Shown piece by piece: positions 37,523 through 47,836 of a stretch of 64,000 nucleotides of DNA. How positions within the stretch are numbered: the stretch's first letter is position 1; each line of letters opens with the position of its first letter. Source of the DNA: Spirochaetia bacterium (GTDB lineage: Bacteria > Spirochaetota > Spirochaetia > CAKZLE01); NCBI GenBank assembly GCA_963677595.1, contig OY782041.1, positions 1,888,001-1,952,000 on the forward strand, in the 5' to 3' direction. The notes beneath the pieces were generated by a model. It saw nothing but the letters and a program-made list of their open reading frames with translations. It did no database searches and was not told where the DNA came from. Made by a program: the position numbers and the translations under genes.

Positions 37523-38821
37523 ATGAACAACCCACTGCCGGACAGGCTGGCACGACAGTACAGTACCGAACTCATGAAAGAGATGGATCATCACCACTGC
37601 CTCGATTTCGAGACAACCCGTACAGTCTCGACTGCCCCGCTCTTCAGACCTGGAGGCGGGCAGATGTTCGGGGTACTCGTATGCGAGGACCCCGAAGGGC
37701 ATGAGGTGATCCTGAAAGCCTTCTCCGGGCAGTATGAGGGAACGTGGATGATTCCCGGCTGGGTCCCCCCTGTCTGTGATGTACGTGAGTTCAGTGCCGT
37801 CATCTCCCATAACGACAGGGAGATCCACCGGCTTACAGACCCGATCATGACCGCAGATGAGAAGACAGCTTCAGCCCTCATCGAGAGGAGGAAGGCCCTC
37901 TCGCAGGAGAGCCTGAAGCGGGTCTACGGGCTCTATGCGTTCCGCTGCATAGACGGCAGCACCATCACCCTGCAGGATGTCTTCGGCGGCCGTCTCCCCC
38001 CGACCGGCACCGGCGACTGCTGTGGGCCGAAACTGCTGAACCATGCCTTTAAGGAAGGTCTACAGCCAAAAAGTATGGCTGAGTTCTACTTTGGGGCATC
38101 GAATAGCGCTGGAACGAGAGAACATGGAGCTTTCTATGGACCCTGCGACGACCGGTGCCGGCCGCTGCTGAAACAGATGCTTATGCTTGATATCATCTAC
38201 TGTGACGAGACTCTCATCGTGGTGAACAAGCCCTCAGGTCTCCTATCGGTCCCCGGGAGGGAGGTCTTCGACTGTGCGGAAGCACGGGTGAAGCGGCTCT
38301 TTCCTGATACGATCAAGCAGCCGGCTGTCCATCGGCTCGATATGGATACCTCGGGGCTCATCGTCTATGCCCTGACGAGGGAGGCCCATCGGGATCTCTC
38401 CATCCAGTTCATGAACAGGCAGGTGAAGAAGACCTATACGGCACTTCTTGAAGGGATCATCACCGAAGAATCCGGCAGGATAGAACTGCCGTTTCGTCTT
38501 GATGTCGATAACCGTCCCTACCAGATCTATGATCCCCTCCAGGGGAAGCTGGGGATCACTGAATGGAGGAGGGTCTCTGTGGAGTACTTCAAGCCGGGAA
38601 GACCTGCCACCAGGATCGAATTCACTCCCCTGACAGGCAGGACCCACCAGCTGCGGGTGCACAGTGCCCATGATCTGGGGTTGGGCCACCCGATCATTGG
38701 GGACAAGCTCTATGGGAGAGAAGAGCCCGGACAAAGGCTGCTGCTCCATGCGGACATGCTCTCCTTTCTTCACCCGGAGAGCGGGGAACGTCTGACCTTC
38801 GAGTTACCGCCCGAATTCTAG
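37523..38821 (+). CDS. RluA family pseudouridine synthase with N-terminal extension
   Basis: NKPSGLLSVPG, HRLDMDTSG, TGRTHQLRVH, GDKLYG, LLLHA; N-terminal GQMFGVL / DCCGPKLL. Confidence 0.9.
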   Translation: MNNPLPDRLARQYSTELMKEMDHHHCLDFETTRTVSTAPLFRPGGGQMFGVLVCEDPEGHEVILKAFSGQYEGTWMIPGWVPPVCDVREFSAVISHNDREIHRLTDPIMTADEKTASALIERRKALSQESLKRVYGLYAFRCIDGSTITLQDVFGGRLPPTGTGDCCGPKLLNHAFKEGLQPKSMAEFYFGASNSAGTREHGAFYGPCDDRCRPLLKQMLMLDIIYCDETLIVVNKPSGLLSVPGREVFDCAEARVKRLFPDTIKQPAVHRLDMDTSGLIVYALTREAHRDLSIQFMNRQVKKTYTALLEGIITEESGRIELPFRLDVDNRPYQIYDPLQGKLGITEWRRVSVEYFKPGRPATRIEFTPLTGRTHQLRVHSAHDLGLGHPIIGDKLYGREEPGQRLLLHADMLSFLHPESGERLTFELPPEF

Positions 38822-38826
38822 AGTCC

Positions 38827-38869
38827 CAGAAGCTGAATCAAAGATTCAGAAGCTGAATTAAAGATTCAG
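38827..38869. repeat. 20 bp tandem duplication at a convergent gene junction
   Basis: CAGAAGCTGAATCAAAGATT followed by CAGAAGCTGAATTAAAGATT. Confidence 0.8.
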
Positions 38870-39547
38870 CAACCAGTCCATGAGCGGGCGCATCTGGACA
38901 GCTGCCCCAAAGCAGGTATCAAGCAATTCTCTGCGGTAAAGCAAGTCATGCCCTATGGGGATGCCCATACCCAGCCCGGTATGACGCAGCAGGGACTCCC
39001 TGGGATGGTCCTTGTCATAACCCCTGGGGACTCGCTTGTAGTGCGGGTCCTCCATGAGTCCCAGTTCACCTTGGCCTAGCTCATCGAGGATCGATACGAG
39101 TGAGGTGCCTCTTTGCTTGTTGTCTACAGCCTCCCGGTAGAGCGGCAGCAGCTCCTTGGGGAAGATGTGCTGCCCGCCGTAGAAGAAGCTCTGCTGTGCG
39201 TCGATGTGGAAGTAGAAGATCGGCTGCTCTACCTTCTTACCCTCCCGTAAGGGGAACATGATCCCGAGGTTCTCCTTGTAGGGCTTCTTGTCGGGGGAGA
39301 ACCGGATGTCGCGGTAGATGCGCATCAGGGAACCCGAACCGTTCGTCTGGGTTCCCCATGAGAGGGTCGGGTACTCCTTGATAAGCTTTCTCCCCAAATC
39401 TATGATGAACCGTCTTGACGGCTCGAGGACTGCTCCCTCATAGGTCGGGCGGTGGGAATTGAACCATTCCCGGTCGTTATGGATCGTAAGGTCCCGAAAG
39501 AACTGTACCGTCTCTTCGGAGAACCCGGTGAACTCCTCGTTACTCAT
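38858..39547 (-). CDS. DUF2461 protein
   Basis: NDREWF, RIYRDIRFSPDK.PYK, KRVPRGY. Confidence 0.9.
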   Translation of the reverse strand: MSNEEFTGFSEETVQFFRDLTIHNDREWFNSHRPTYEGAVLEPSRRFIIDLGRKLIKEYPTLSWGTQTNGSGSLMRIYRDIRFSPDKKPYKENLGIMFPLREGKKVEQPIFYFHIDAQQSFFYGGQHIFPKELLPLYREAVDNKQRGTSLVSILDELGQGELGLMEDPHYKRVPRGYDKDHPRESLLRHTGLGMGIPIGHDLLYRRELLDTCFGAAVQMRPLMDWLLNL

Positions 39548-39596
39548 TGCATGCTCCTGAACTTACTCTACTATGGCAGCAATCCGGTGACAATAC

Positions 39597-40670
39597 CTAG
39601 ATCTCGTCGCTGCCTATCTCCAGGGACCAGATCGTCCCGCCGTCGATGCTGCAGCGCAGCAGGTGGGCCGGGATCTTCTCCCCGGATTTCACCGGCCCGC
39701 TGGGGATGTAGATGTAGTAGGGGTCCTCTTCCAAGCGTGACTTCTCATCGAACCCATCGGTCTTCAGGTCATTGGCGATGATGATATCGACATACATGAC
39801 TTCGTTATCGGGATAGATCCCCTCAAGGACACAGAGCACGGTGGCCTCTGTGCCATCTGCATTGCACCTGATGACCCTGCCCCCGGTGTTGATGTAAAGC
39901 TTCCCATCGTACATGGTGATGCCGGTACAGCCGTAGTCTATCTCTTCCTGGGTGATCCCGGAACTGCCGGTGAAGAGATAGGTTTGCCCACTGGTTGGAG
40001 GGTCCTCTGATGCAAGATCTATGGTCTGGAACCCGAAGTATTCGTCGCTGACGACATAGAGCAGGTAGGTTGTCTCGTCATAGAACATGTCAATATACCC
40101 GCCGGAATCGTCAGTCAGGTACTGTAGGGTCCAGCCGTTCTCATTATTGAATGCACCGGTATTGTGTGTGGGGGTATCGAACGGGGAGAGGAAGATAGCA
40201 TTCTCCTCCCGATCGGCGACCACCAGGCGTTTAAAACGGGGTTCCAGCTCCTCTCCTACCTGGAACTCAGGCACGATGATCACATTCACCGGTTGGGTGC
40301 CAACGGAATAGTTCTCCATCTCGGTGCGCCAGTCCCCGGCCCCCTGGATCCCGTACTGGAAGATCTTCCCGCTGTTCGGGTCGCAGATCCAGATCTCATG
40401 GGTATCAGGGTCATAGACCAGGCCGTGGGGCAGGTCGAAGGTGGGGAAGTCCTCGGGGCTTATGTCTTCCCCTTGAGCTATCGTCGTTACCTTGTGGCTC
40501 TCCGGTGCACTGATGTAGAGGATGCCATCATGGGCATCCATCCCGAAGAAGTAGGAGGGGCCGAATGCATCGTCATCGCCGCCGCCGAGGAACTTCGAGA
40601 TGAGGTCGCAGCCAGTGAATGTGAGGGTGATGATGACCAATAAGAGGATTACGGTTCGTGAGGTTCTCAT
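39597..40670 (-). CDS. Hypothetical lipoprotein, possibly beta-propeller
   Basis: FTG-C lipobox after MRTSRT; NHL-like PHGLVYD and VVADRE segments. Confidence 0.65.
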   Translation of the reverse strand: MRTSRTVILLLVIITLTFTGCDLISKFLGGGDDDAFGPSYFFGMDAHDGILYISAPESHKVTTIAQGEDISPEDFPTFDLPHGLVYDPDTHEIWICDPNSGKIFQYGIQGAGDWRTEMENYSVGTQPVNVIIVPEFQVGEELEPRFKRLVVADREENAIFLSPFDTPTHNTGAFNNENGWTLQYLTDDSGGYIDMFYDETTYLLYVVSDEYFGFQTIDLASEDPPTSGQTYLFTGSSGITQEEIDYGCTGITMYDGKLYINTGGRVIRCNADGTEATVLCVLEGIYPDNEVMYVDIIIANDLKTDGFDEKSRLEEDPYYIYIPSGPVKSGEKIPAHLLRCSIDGGTIWSLEIGSDEI

Positions 40671-40725
40671 AGGTGACTCCTTTGTGTCAGGTCTCGCAGG
40701 TCCAAAGAAGTATGGGATCAGTATA

Positions 40726-41868
40726 TCACAGGTTGCCCGACCACAACAGGTTGAGGAAGGAAGAGTGATGAAGGCAATGGATACCGTCGTCCGTGGTGCG
40801 GTCCAGGGGGTCAAGAGAGACGAGGTAGAAGGAGGAGAAGAGGCCCTCCTCCTGCAGGGCCCGCAGGCCCTTCAGGTGCTTCTTCGTTACCTTCCTTGAA
40901 GCTTTCACCTCGATCGCGGCCTGAGTCCCGATGAGGAAGTCCACTTCCATCCCTGTCCTGGTTCTCCAGTACCGCAGCGGCAGTCTGTTCCTGCTGTAGG
41001 AGATCCAGGCACGCAGTTCCATGGCAATGAACTGCTCGAAGGCCTTGCCATATTCACTCGAATCAGGCTGGAGTTGATGGTTGGACCGTAGGAAGTTCGC
41101 TACACCGGTATCGAAGAAGTAGAACTTCGGGGTCGCGACGGCTTTCCGCTTCTCTGATTCCTGCCAGCTCTCGAGGAAGAAGCCGAGGAAGGTATCTTCA
41201 AGGATGGAAAAATAAGAACGGACCGTACTGGCGGGAACCCCGGAATCACTGGCTATGTTCGCGAAATTCACTTGCTCTGTGTTGGCCTGACTGGCAGCCC
41301 TGAGGAACCGGTTAAACTGTACCTGCCGCTGTACCAGGGCCTCTGCCTGGATCTCCTCTCGCAGGTAGGTGTTGATATAGGCATCAAGCTCCTCCTCCGG
41401 TTCCCTGCTGGTATAGACCTGGGGTAAGCCTCCATACTGCAGGTAGCGTTCCAGGTCGAATGAGTCTATCTCATGTGAAGTGAGGGGGAAGAGGTTTGCC
41501 TGCCATGCCCTCCCTGCAAGGAGGTTCACTCCTGAACGCTTGAGCTTCCTGGCACTGGATCCGGTAAGGATGAAATGGGCATCAGTGGACTCTATCAGGT
41601 CGTGGATCTCATCTAGGAGTGCAGGGATCTTCTGGATCTCGTCTATGATGATGAGGGTGCCGGCTTCCAACTGGTCCCTGACAATATCCTGCAGCAGTGA
41701 CGGGTTCTCTGAGAGTGGGAGGTAGACCATGCTCGAGAGCAGGTTGATGATCTCCAGTTCAGGGAACTGTGTCTTCAGCAGTGTGGTCTTCCCGGTGCTG
41801 CGCGGCCCGAAGAGGAAGAAGGACTTATGCCCTGCCAGCTCTCTCATATCAAGGGTTCGTTGGTACAT
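40726..41868 (-). CDS. AAA_14 ATPase with DUF4143/PD-(D/E)xK C-terminus
   Basis: GPRSTGKT, IIDEIQK, LTGSS, LAGR, PKFYFFDTG, FEQF, EVDF..IEVK. Confidence 0.9.
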   Translation of the reverse strand: MYQRTLDMRELAGHKSFFLFGPRSTGKTTLLKTQFPELEIINLLSSMVYLPLSENPSLLQDIVRDQLEAGTLIIIDEIQKIPALLDEIHDLIESTDAHFILTGSSARKLKRSGVNLLAGRAWQANLFPLTSHEIDSFDLERYLQYGGLPQVYTSREPEEELDAYINTYLREEIQAEALVQRQVQFNRFLRAASQANTEQVNFANIASDSGVPASTVRSYFSILEDTFLGFFLESWQESEKRKAVATPKFYFFDTGVANFLRSNHQLQPDSSEYGKAFEQFIAMELRAWISYSRNRLPLRYWRTRTGMEVDFLIGTQAAIEVKASRKVTKKHLKGLRALQEEGLFSSFYLVSLDPLDRTTDDGIHCLHHSSFLNLLWSGNL

Positions 41869-41874
41869 ATCTCT

Positions 41875-41946
41875 AGTGTAAGACTGAAATGGTGAAATTC
41901 AACAGTCACTCTGCTGATTTTTATGCAAAATCAGCAGAGTGACTGT
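41875..41946 (-). promoter_or_regulatory. 45 bp palindrome abutting the AAA gene promoter
   Basis: ACAGTCACTCTGCTGATTTT-N5-AAAATCAGCAGAGTGACTGT (41902-41946); minus strand TTGAAT-16 bp-TACACT, 6 nt before the ATG. Confidence 0.75.
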
Positions 41947-42045
41947 CGATAATACACATGTACATGGTTGGCAAGATGCTCCCTTGACCTTTCCTATCAA
42001 ATAGATTCAAATCATAGTAATTAGGATCAGCAGACTGGAGGAGCT

Positions 42046-42756
42046 ATGTCCCCGTTCATCATCATCAGTGCATCACTCGGTTATGCCGTAGAGAGTATCT
42101 TCGGCTTTGGCGGGTCGGTGATCACCTTCCTCCTGCTCACCACGAGCATCCCCTCAAAGGAAGCGGTGAGCATGCTGCCGGTCTTCGCACTGGTAGGGAG
42201 TCTCCTCGTCGTGTTGAGCGACCTGAAGTCTGTGAGATGGAAGGTGATCGGCAAGCTGTGCCTCTTTGCCGTACCCGGGCTCGTCCTCGGGACCCTCTTC
42301 ATGAGCTATGTCCCTGAGAAGACCTTCAATATCATCGTGTTAGCCATCATCTTCATCTACGGGGTCAACCTCATCATAGGCAGGGAGCCTGAGGTGCCCC
42401 AGGTCCTGCGAAAGCCCCTGTATACCCTGGCCGGGTTCGTCATGGGGGCAACGAGCATCGGGGTCTTCTTCATCCCGGTCATCGGGGCTGAGCTCGGGCA
42501 CCAGCGAGCTTACCGTGCATCCCTCGGCCTGCTGTGGACGAACACGGCGATCTGCCGGGTGCCCCTCTATTACCTGAACGGGGTGCTGACGGTTGAAGGG
42601 ATCGAGAGCTCGCTGATCGCTGCCCCCTTCCTCCTGGTCGCGATCATCCTCGGCTTCCTCGTCCACCGCATCATCCCCGAGTCTCATTACCGGCGCTATA
42701 TCGGGGCGGCTATCGTGCTGACAGCCGTGGTGAACCTCACTCGGATGTTCATCTGA
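42046..42756 (+). CDS. TauE/SafE (TSUP) family permease
   Basis: SIFGFGG motif, about 8 TM helices. Confidence 0.8.
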   Translation: MSPFIIISASLGYAVESIFGFGGSVITFLLLTTSIPSKEAVSMLPVFALVGSLLVVLSDLKSVRWKVIGKLCLFAVPGLVLGTLFMSYVPEKTFNIIVLAIIFIYGVNLIIGREPEVPQVLRKPLYTLAGFVMGATSIGVFFIPVIGAELGHQRAYRASLGLLWTNTAICRVPLYYLNGVLTVEGIESSLIAAPFLLVAIILGFLVHRIIPESHYRRYIGAAIVLTAVVNLTRMFI

Positions 42757-42759
42757 AGT

Positions 42760-43854
42760 TCAGGTATCGATAGAGTAGGTAGAGAGGACCGTCCTGTGGG
42801 CTACCTTGAACAGGTCGGCATGCTCGATGAACACCTTGAGCAGCAGCGGGTCGAAGTGGTCGGGAGCTATCCTCCCATCCCCCTCTGCTATGATCCTGAC
42901 TGCCTCTTCATGGGTATAGGTATCATGGTAGGGCCGTTCACCGGTCAACGCATCATAGACATCCACCAACCCGACCACGCGTGCCTCGAAGGGGATCTGC
43001 GTTCCCCGCAGCCCGTAGGGGTAGCCCGAACCGTCCCACCGCTCATGGTGGTAGACGGTGATGTTCTCGGCTATCTCAAGGAAGTCATAGTTCTCATCAT
43101 CGTGGTTCCTGGTCTTTCTCAGGATCTCGCGTCCCAGGGTCGTATGCTGCTTGATGTTCGTGATGTCTACGGGTGTGAGTCCGGTATTCGAGGTCAGGAT
43201 CGTGTCCGGGATGGCGATCTTCCCGATATCGTGGAGGATGGAGGCCTGGATGATCTGTTCCCTGACCTCGGGGTCCAGGTAGAAGTCGGTCGTGTCGCAG
43301 AGGATATCAAGGAGGAGCTTGGTATAGGCCTGGGTGCGCAGCATATGGAGGCCGGTGGTAGAATCCCGGTAGGTGACAGCCACGGCAAGGCTGCGCAGGA
43401 GTGTCTCCTGCATCTTTCCCAGCGCTGCGTTCTTCCTGCTGATCTCCATCCTGAGATGGTGATGGAGGTCGTATGTCTCGAAATGCATCGCGATGCGCTT
43501 CAACACGAGGCTCGGGCTGATCTGCTTGAGGATGTAGTCATCAGCCCCGAGCTGCAGGCCGTACTCTTCGTCCCTGCTCGAACCCAGGCCGGTGATGAAG
43601 ATGACGATGATATCCTTGAGATCGGCAGACGAGCGTATCTCCCGGCATACCTCGTACCCGCTCATCCCGGGCAGCTCCACATCGAGGAGCACCATGTCTA
43701 CAGGCCTGGCCTGCAGCTGCTGCAGCGCCTCTTCCCCGGAGAAGGCTACCCTGATGGTATAGTGCTCCGAGAGAAGCGAGGTGAGCAGGGCGACCAGCGG
43801 TTTCTGGTCATCGACGATCAGGATAGACGGTCTTCTTGGGTCATTCAATTCCAT
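42760..43854 (-). CDS. REC-HD-GYP cyclic di-nucleotide phosphodiesterase (RpfG-like)
   Basis: REC domain; HDIGK, HHERWDGSGYP, DVYDAL..RPY. Confidence 0.9.
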   Translation of the reverse strand: MELNDPRRPSILIVDDQKPLVALLTSLLSEHYTIRVAFSGEEALQQLQARPVDMVLLDVELPGMSGYEVCREIRSSADLKDIIVIFITGLGSSRDEEYGLQLGADDYILKQISPSLVLKRIAMHFETYDLHHHLRMEISRKNAALGKMQETLLRSLAVAVTYRDSTTGLHMLRTQAYTKLLLDILCDTTDFYLDPEVREQIIQASILHDIGKIAIPDTILTSNTGLTPVDITNIKQHTTLGREILRKTRNHDDENYDFLEIAENITVYHHERWDGSGYPYGLRGTQIPFEARVVGLVDVYDALTGERPYHDTYTHEEAVRIIAEGDGRIAPDHFDPLLLKVFIEHADLFKVAHRTVLSTYSIDT

Positions 43855-46800
43855 ACCTCGCTGTAAGGATATCGTTGAGTTCGCTGCAGACCTTCAGGGC
43901 TGCTGAGAACTCATATGCTGCGATGTGTGCCTGCAGGCGCTTGGTGATTCCCTGCAGTTCCCCAGGCAGCCTGTACTGCATAAGCTGTCCCAGCTTTTCC
44001 ATGCTTCCCACAGGATCCTGCAGGCCCAGGTCCTCGATCAGCCCGGCGCAGACCAGGACGACAGCTCCGTCCGGTTCCCTGTCGGGAATGGGGAGTTCTC
44101 CCTGCTGCATGGTTGCCGGGGAGGTGCCCAGCTGTTTGCGGTAGGTACCGAATGCATTCGCTGAATCCTCGAGACAGAACCGCAGGTCGACAAGTCTGCC
44201 CTCCCAATCGGAGACCTCCGGGAAGTCTGACCGTAGGGTTGTCTCAAGCTCTCCCAGCAGCTGCGCATAGGAGGTAAGGCCAAGATTCGACGCGACGCCC
44301 CTGGTCCCGTGCAGGAGCCTGGCGGTCTGTCCCGGCTCCTGCCCAAGCAAGCTCTCCCTGAGGTCCTTGATGAAACCCTCCTGCTCATTCAGGTAGTCAG
44401 AGGTGACTTTCAGGAAGAGCAGGCGATTGCTGCCGAATCGCTTCAGCCCGGCATCAAGATCGGTCTTGACTGTATCAGCGGCTTCCTGCGCATGAGGACC
44501 GGGAGCTTGGCCAGCCTGTCCCAGCAGGGTCCGGTCGAGGAGGGAGACAAGCTGTTCCGGGTCGACGGGTTTCGGGACGAACCCCTCGACTGACTGCTTC
44601 AGCTGCTCCATCCTCTGCGATACCAGCAGGTCTGCAGAGAGTATGAGGATCCTGAGGTTCCGAAGGCGATCCTGCTTCCTGATCCTCTCTATGACCTCGA
44701 ACCCGTCCATGTCAGGCATCTGGATATCGAGAAGCAGGAGGTCGAACCTCCGGTACTTGAGGATGTTCAGGGCAGCTGCTCCGGAGTCTGTCGAATGTAC
44801 CGTGTATCCCTGGGCCTGCAGCAGCTCCTCCAGCATGAGCCTGCCCACCCTGTGGTCATCACAGACGAGGATATGCTTCCCCCTCCGCTGCATCATGACC
44901 CGGCTCTTCCCGGTATCTTTGGAGGGGAGTCCCCTATCCTTCCGGGGGGCTTCCCGCTTCTTCAGGCATAGCTGTATGGCGGTGATGAGGTCCCGGTGGA
45001 GGAAGGGCTTGGGGAGGGTGACGAACCTGGTGGAGTTGATGATCCGGTAGATGTCCTGCTCCACAACGAGTCGTGTGGTAAGGAGGATCATGTAGTTTTG
45101 GTGTATGATCTCCTCCACACGTGTCCGGTCCTTGATATACTCATTGAACAGGCGCCCCCATTCGATGATGATCAGTGAGTCCTCCGGTTCATAGTCACAA
45201 CTCTCGTGCGGGGAGTAGGGGATCGCCAGGTCAGAACATATCCTCCTGACCAGTGCCTCCTGGGGTTCTGACAGGAGACAGCCCCATACCCCGGGCAGGT
45301 CTTGCTGCAGGTCATCAGTCAGTCGCTTCTCCTGCAGATGGGCAGGATCAAGAGCCGGCAGGGAGACGGTGAAGGTCGACCCTTCGCCCTCATGGCTCTC
45401 TAATGAGAGCCGGCCTCCCATCCTGTCTATCAGGTTGGTGCAGATCGACAAGCCGAGCCCGGTGCCGCCGTACGTGCGGGTCGTGCTGGCATCGGCCTGC
45501 ACGAATGGCTGGAAGATCTTCTGCCTGACAGCCTCGGACATGCCGATGCCGGTATCCTCGACGATGAAGTCGATCATGTCAGTTTGGTTCGGGGTTCTCT
45601 TCACCTCAAGCCTGATGAAGCCCCGGTCAGTGAACTTCACGGCATTCGAGAGCAGGTTCGTGAGAACCTGCAGGATCCTGAAGGAGTCTCCGAACAGGTG
45701 TCCCGGGACATCAGGGGCTATATAGATGGAGAAGTCGAGCTTCTTGATCGCGATCCTGACGCCGAAGGAATCGATGATCGTGTTGATGAACGGCTCGAGC
45801 AGGAAGGGGATCCGCTCGATCTCGAGCCGGTCAGCCCTGATCTTCGTCAGGTCAAGGATATTCGTCACTGTCTGTAGCAGGATATGGGCGGCACTGTCAA
45901 GCCGTTCGAGGTAGGACCGCTGCTGGGTGTCGAGATCGGTCATCGAGAGGAGCTTCTGGATCCCCATCATGGTGTTGATGGGGGTCCTGATCTCATGACT
46001 GACCATGGCCAGGAAGTCGGACTGGGTCTTCACGGCAGCCTCGGCCCGGTTTCGCTCCTCGATGAGCAGCTGCTCGGTCTCCTTCAGGTGTGTGATGTCA
46101 GTCAGGGTGCCGAGCATGCGGGCAGGGGCCATATGTTCATCGAAGGCGGAGACTCGTCCGGAGAGCATGACCCAGATGTAGGAGCTGTCCTCCTTCCTGA
46201 TCCTGAACTCAGTCGAGAGCCTCGTCTCACGGTTCTCCGGGAGCATGCTGAAGGTCCTGATGACCCGGTCCCGGTCATCGGGGTGGCAGATCGAGAGGAA
46301 CCGCTCACGGTTCGGGTCGGGGTAGTGTTCCCCCTCATACCCGAGGCTGGACCTGAACCGGTCATTGAGCTGGATACGGTCCTGTACGATGTCCCAGTCC
46401 CAGGTCCCGGTCTCGGTATACTCGATAATGCTCTCTATATAGGCCTTCTGCTCCTGTATCTTCCTCTTGGCAGCGATCTCCTCACTGATATCGGTGAAGG
46501 TGATGATGATGTAGGGTGAGGTGATATGCTGCACCAGGGAGGCCATGACCAGACACTGGGCAGCCTCCCTGTCAGTCCTGCGCAGCGGGGTCTGTGTCGA
46601 GTAGACACCGTCCTTCATCGTCCGCTCGATGAGGAGGGACTCTGCCTCGGGATCGATGAAGAGGCTGACCGACTCCGTGGTCCTGCCAATGATCGTGTCA
46701 GGGCGGTATCCGAGGACCCGCTCGAAGGCGGAGTTTATGTTCACATACTCTTTCGTCTCCCCGTTTATGAGGGCGATCGGGGAAGGGAGCTGCTCGAAGA

Positions 46801-47716
46801 GGGTGTCGAACATGTTGATGGCTGTCTGCTGGAGGGTCAGGTCCTTCGATACGAAGAACCATGCCTCCCTGCCGTTCCAGGTCCCCTTCCAGAGCCTCGA
46901 TTCAACGGGGATGTATGACCCGTCCTTCCCGAGCAGCGGGATGTTGCTGACATCCCTCGTGCCTGCCTCCATACCGCTGAGGATGGCGGCGGCCTCACTC
47001 CGGTACTCCCCCGGATGGTAGTCGAGCAGGGTCAGGTCGGCGCCTTCGGGATAGGAAACGAGCTTCTCCCCTACGACGTCGTTGGCATACAGCAGGTCCC
47101 CGTCAGGATCTGAGACGAAGATGAAGTTGATGATCGATTTGAAGAAAGCCTTGAAGTTCTGCTCGCTCTCCTGCAGGGACTTTCCCAGGCTCTCCTGCTC
47201 GTACAGGGAGGCGATGATCCCTGCGACTGTCTGGATCGTCTTCACCACATACGGGTCCCATACACGTTCAGAGATACAGTCCTCGAAGCCGATGAACCCG
47301 TCAATATAGTCCGTATGTTCGAACCGGATCACCAGGATGGACTTGACGCCCTGAGGGGAGAGGGTCTCCCTGATCCGCTGTGGAAGCTGTTCAAGGGTGC
47401 TCTCACAGACTATCTCCTGCTCCCTCAGCAGCTCGACCCATGGGTGCATATCGTCATAGGGGACCTCCTGCAGCTGCCTGATCCGGGACTCGATCCCGGC
47501 GGCACACCACTCGAAGGTATTGGAGGAGGAGAGCCGGAGGGTCTCATACTCGAAGATCGCCACCCTGCTGACTTGGAGGTATCCCCCGATCCTCCCCAGG
47601 ATGGAATCGATCTTATCGGTGAAATTGATACTGCTGGTGGCGATCCCCGTGACCCTGGTGAGGAGTTCCTGTCCCTCTTCCAGTATCGTGATGATCGCCT
47701 CTTTATCAGTCGGCAT
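43841..47716 (-). CDS. Hybrid histidine kinase GAF-PAS-HisKA-HATPase-REC-Hpt
   Basis: SHEIRTP, NLLSNAVKFT, GGTGLGL, LLDIQMP, LHGTRG Hpt; PAS HPDD. Confidence 0.9.
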   Translation of the reverse strand: MPTDKEAIITILEEGQELLTRVTGIATSSINFTDKIDSILGRIGGYLQVSRVAIFEYETLRLSSSNTFEWCAAGIESRIRQLQEVPYDDMHPWVELLREQEIVCESTLEQLPQRIRETLSPQGVKSILVIRFEHTDYIDGFIGFEDCISERVWDPYVVKTIQTVAGIIASLYEQESLGKSLQESEQNFKAFFKSIINFIFVSDPDGDLLYANDVVGEKLVSYPEGADLTLLDYHPGEYRSEAAAILSGMEAGTRDVSNIPLLGKDGSYIPVESRLWKGTWNGREAWFFVSKDLTLQQTAINMFDTLFEQLPSPIALINGETKEYVNINSAFERVLGYRPDTIIGRTTESVSLFIDPEAESLLIERTMKDGVYSTQTPLRRTDREAAQCLVMASLVQHITSPYIIITFTDISEEIAAKRKIQEQKAYIESIIEYTETGTWDWDIVQDRIQLNDRFRSSLGYEGEHYPDPNRERFLSICHPDDRDRVIRTFSMLPENRETRLSTEFRIRKEDSSYIWVMLSGRVSAFDEHMAPARMLGTLTDITHLKETEQLLIEERNRAEAAVKTQSDFLAMVSHEIRTPINTMMGIQKLLSMTDLDTQQRSYLERLDSAAHILLQTVTNILDLTKIRADRLEIERIPFLLEPFINTIIDSFGVRIAIKKLDFSIYIAPDVPGHLFGDSFRILQVLTNLLSNAVKFTDRGFIRLEVKRTPNQTDMIDFIVEDTGIGMSEAVRQKIFQPFVQADASTTRTYGGTGLGLSICTNLIDRMGGRLSLESHEGEGSTFTVSLPALDPAHLQEKRLTDDLQQDLPGVWGCLLSEPQEALVRRICSDLAIPYSPHESCDYEPEDSLIIIEWGRLFNEYIKDRTRVEEIIHQNYMILLTTRLVVEQDIYRIINSTRFVTLPKPFLHRDLITAIQLCLKKREAPRKDRGLPSKDTGKSRVMMQRRGKHILVCDDHRVGRLMLEELLQAQGYTVHSTDSGAAALNILKYRRFDLLLLDIQMPDMDGFEVIERIRKQDRLRNLRILILSADLLVSQRMEQLKQSVEGFVPKPVDPEQLVSLLDRTLLGQAGQAPGPHAQEAADTVKTDLDAGLKRFGSNRLLFLKVTSDYLNEQEGFIKDLRESLLGQEPGQTARLLHGTRGVASNLGLTSYAQLLGELETTLRSDFPEVSDWEGRLVDLRFCLEDSANAFGTYRKQLGTSPATMQQGELPIPDREPDGAVVLVCAGLIEDLGLQDPVGSMEKLGQLMQYRLPGELQGITKRLQAHIAAYEFSAALKVCSELNDILTARYGIE

Positions 47717-47836
47717 AGCCCCCCTGCCTCCGATATCCTGTCGGGAACCCGCCCCGTGGGACCGTACCCGGTGGTATGATCATATCATGGGAGACCGTCG
47801 GGGCGGTGTAGGAATGCTGGTAACCGCTGTAGGCTT

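Noticed and set aside
42796-43866. 356 aa plus-strand ORF, and similar long antisense ORFs (e.g. 62666-63652, 26270-27097, 18654-19346)
   Set aside because: Shadow frames of well-supported opposite-strand genes in GC3-rich DNA, with no motifs of their own
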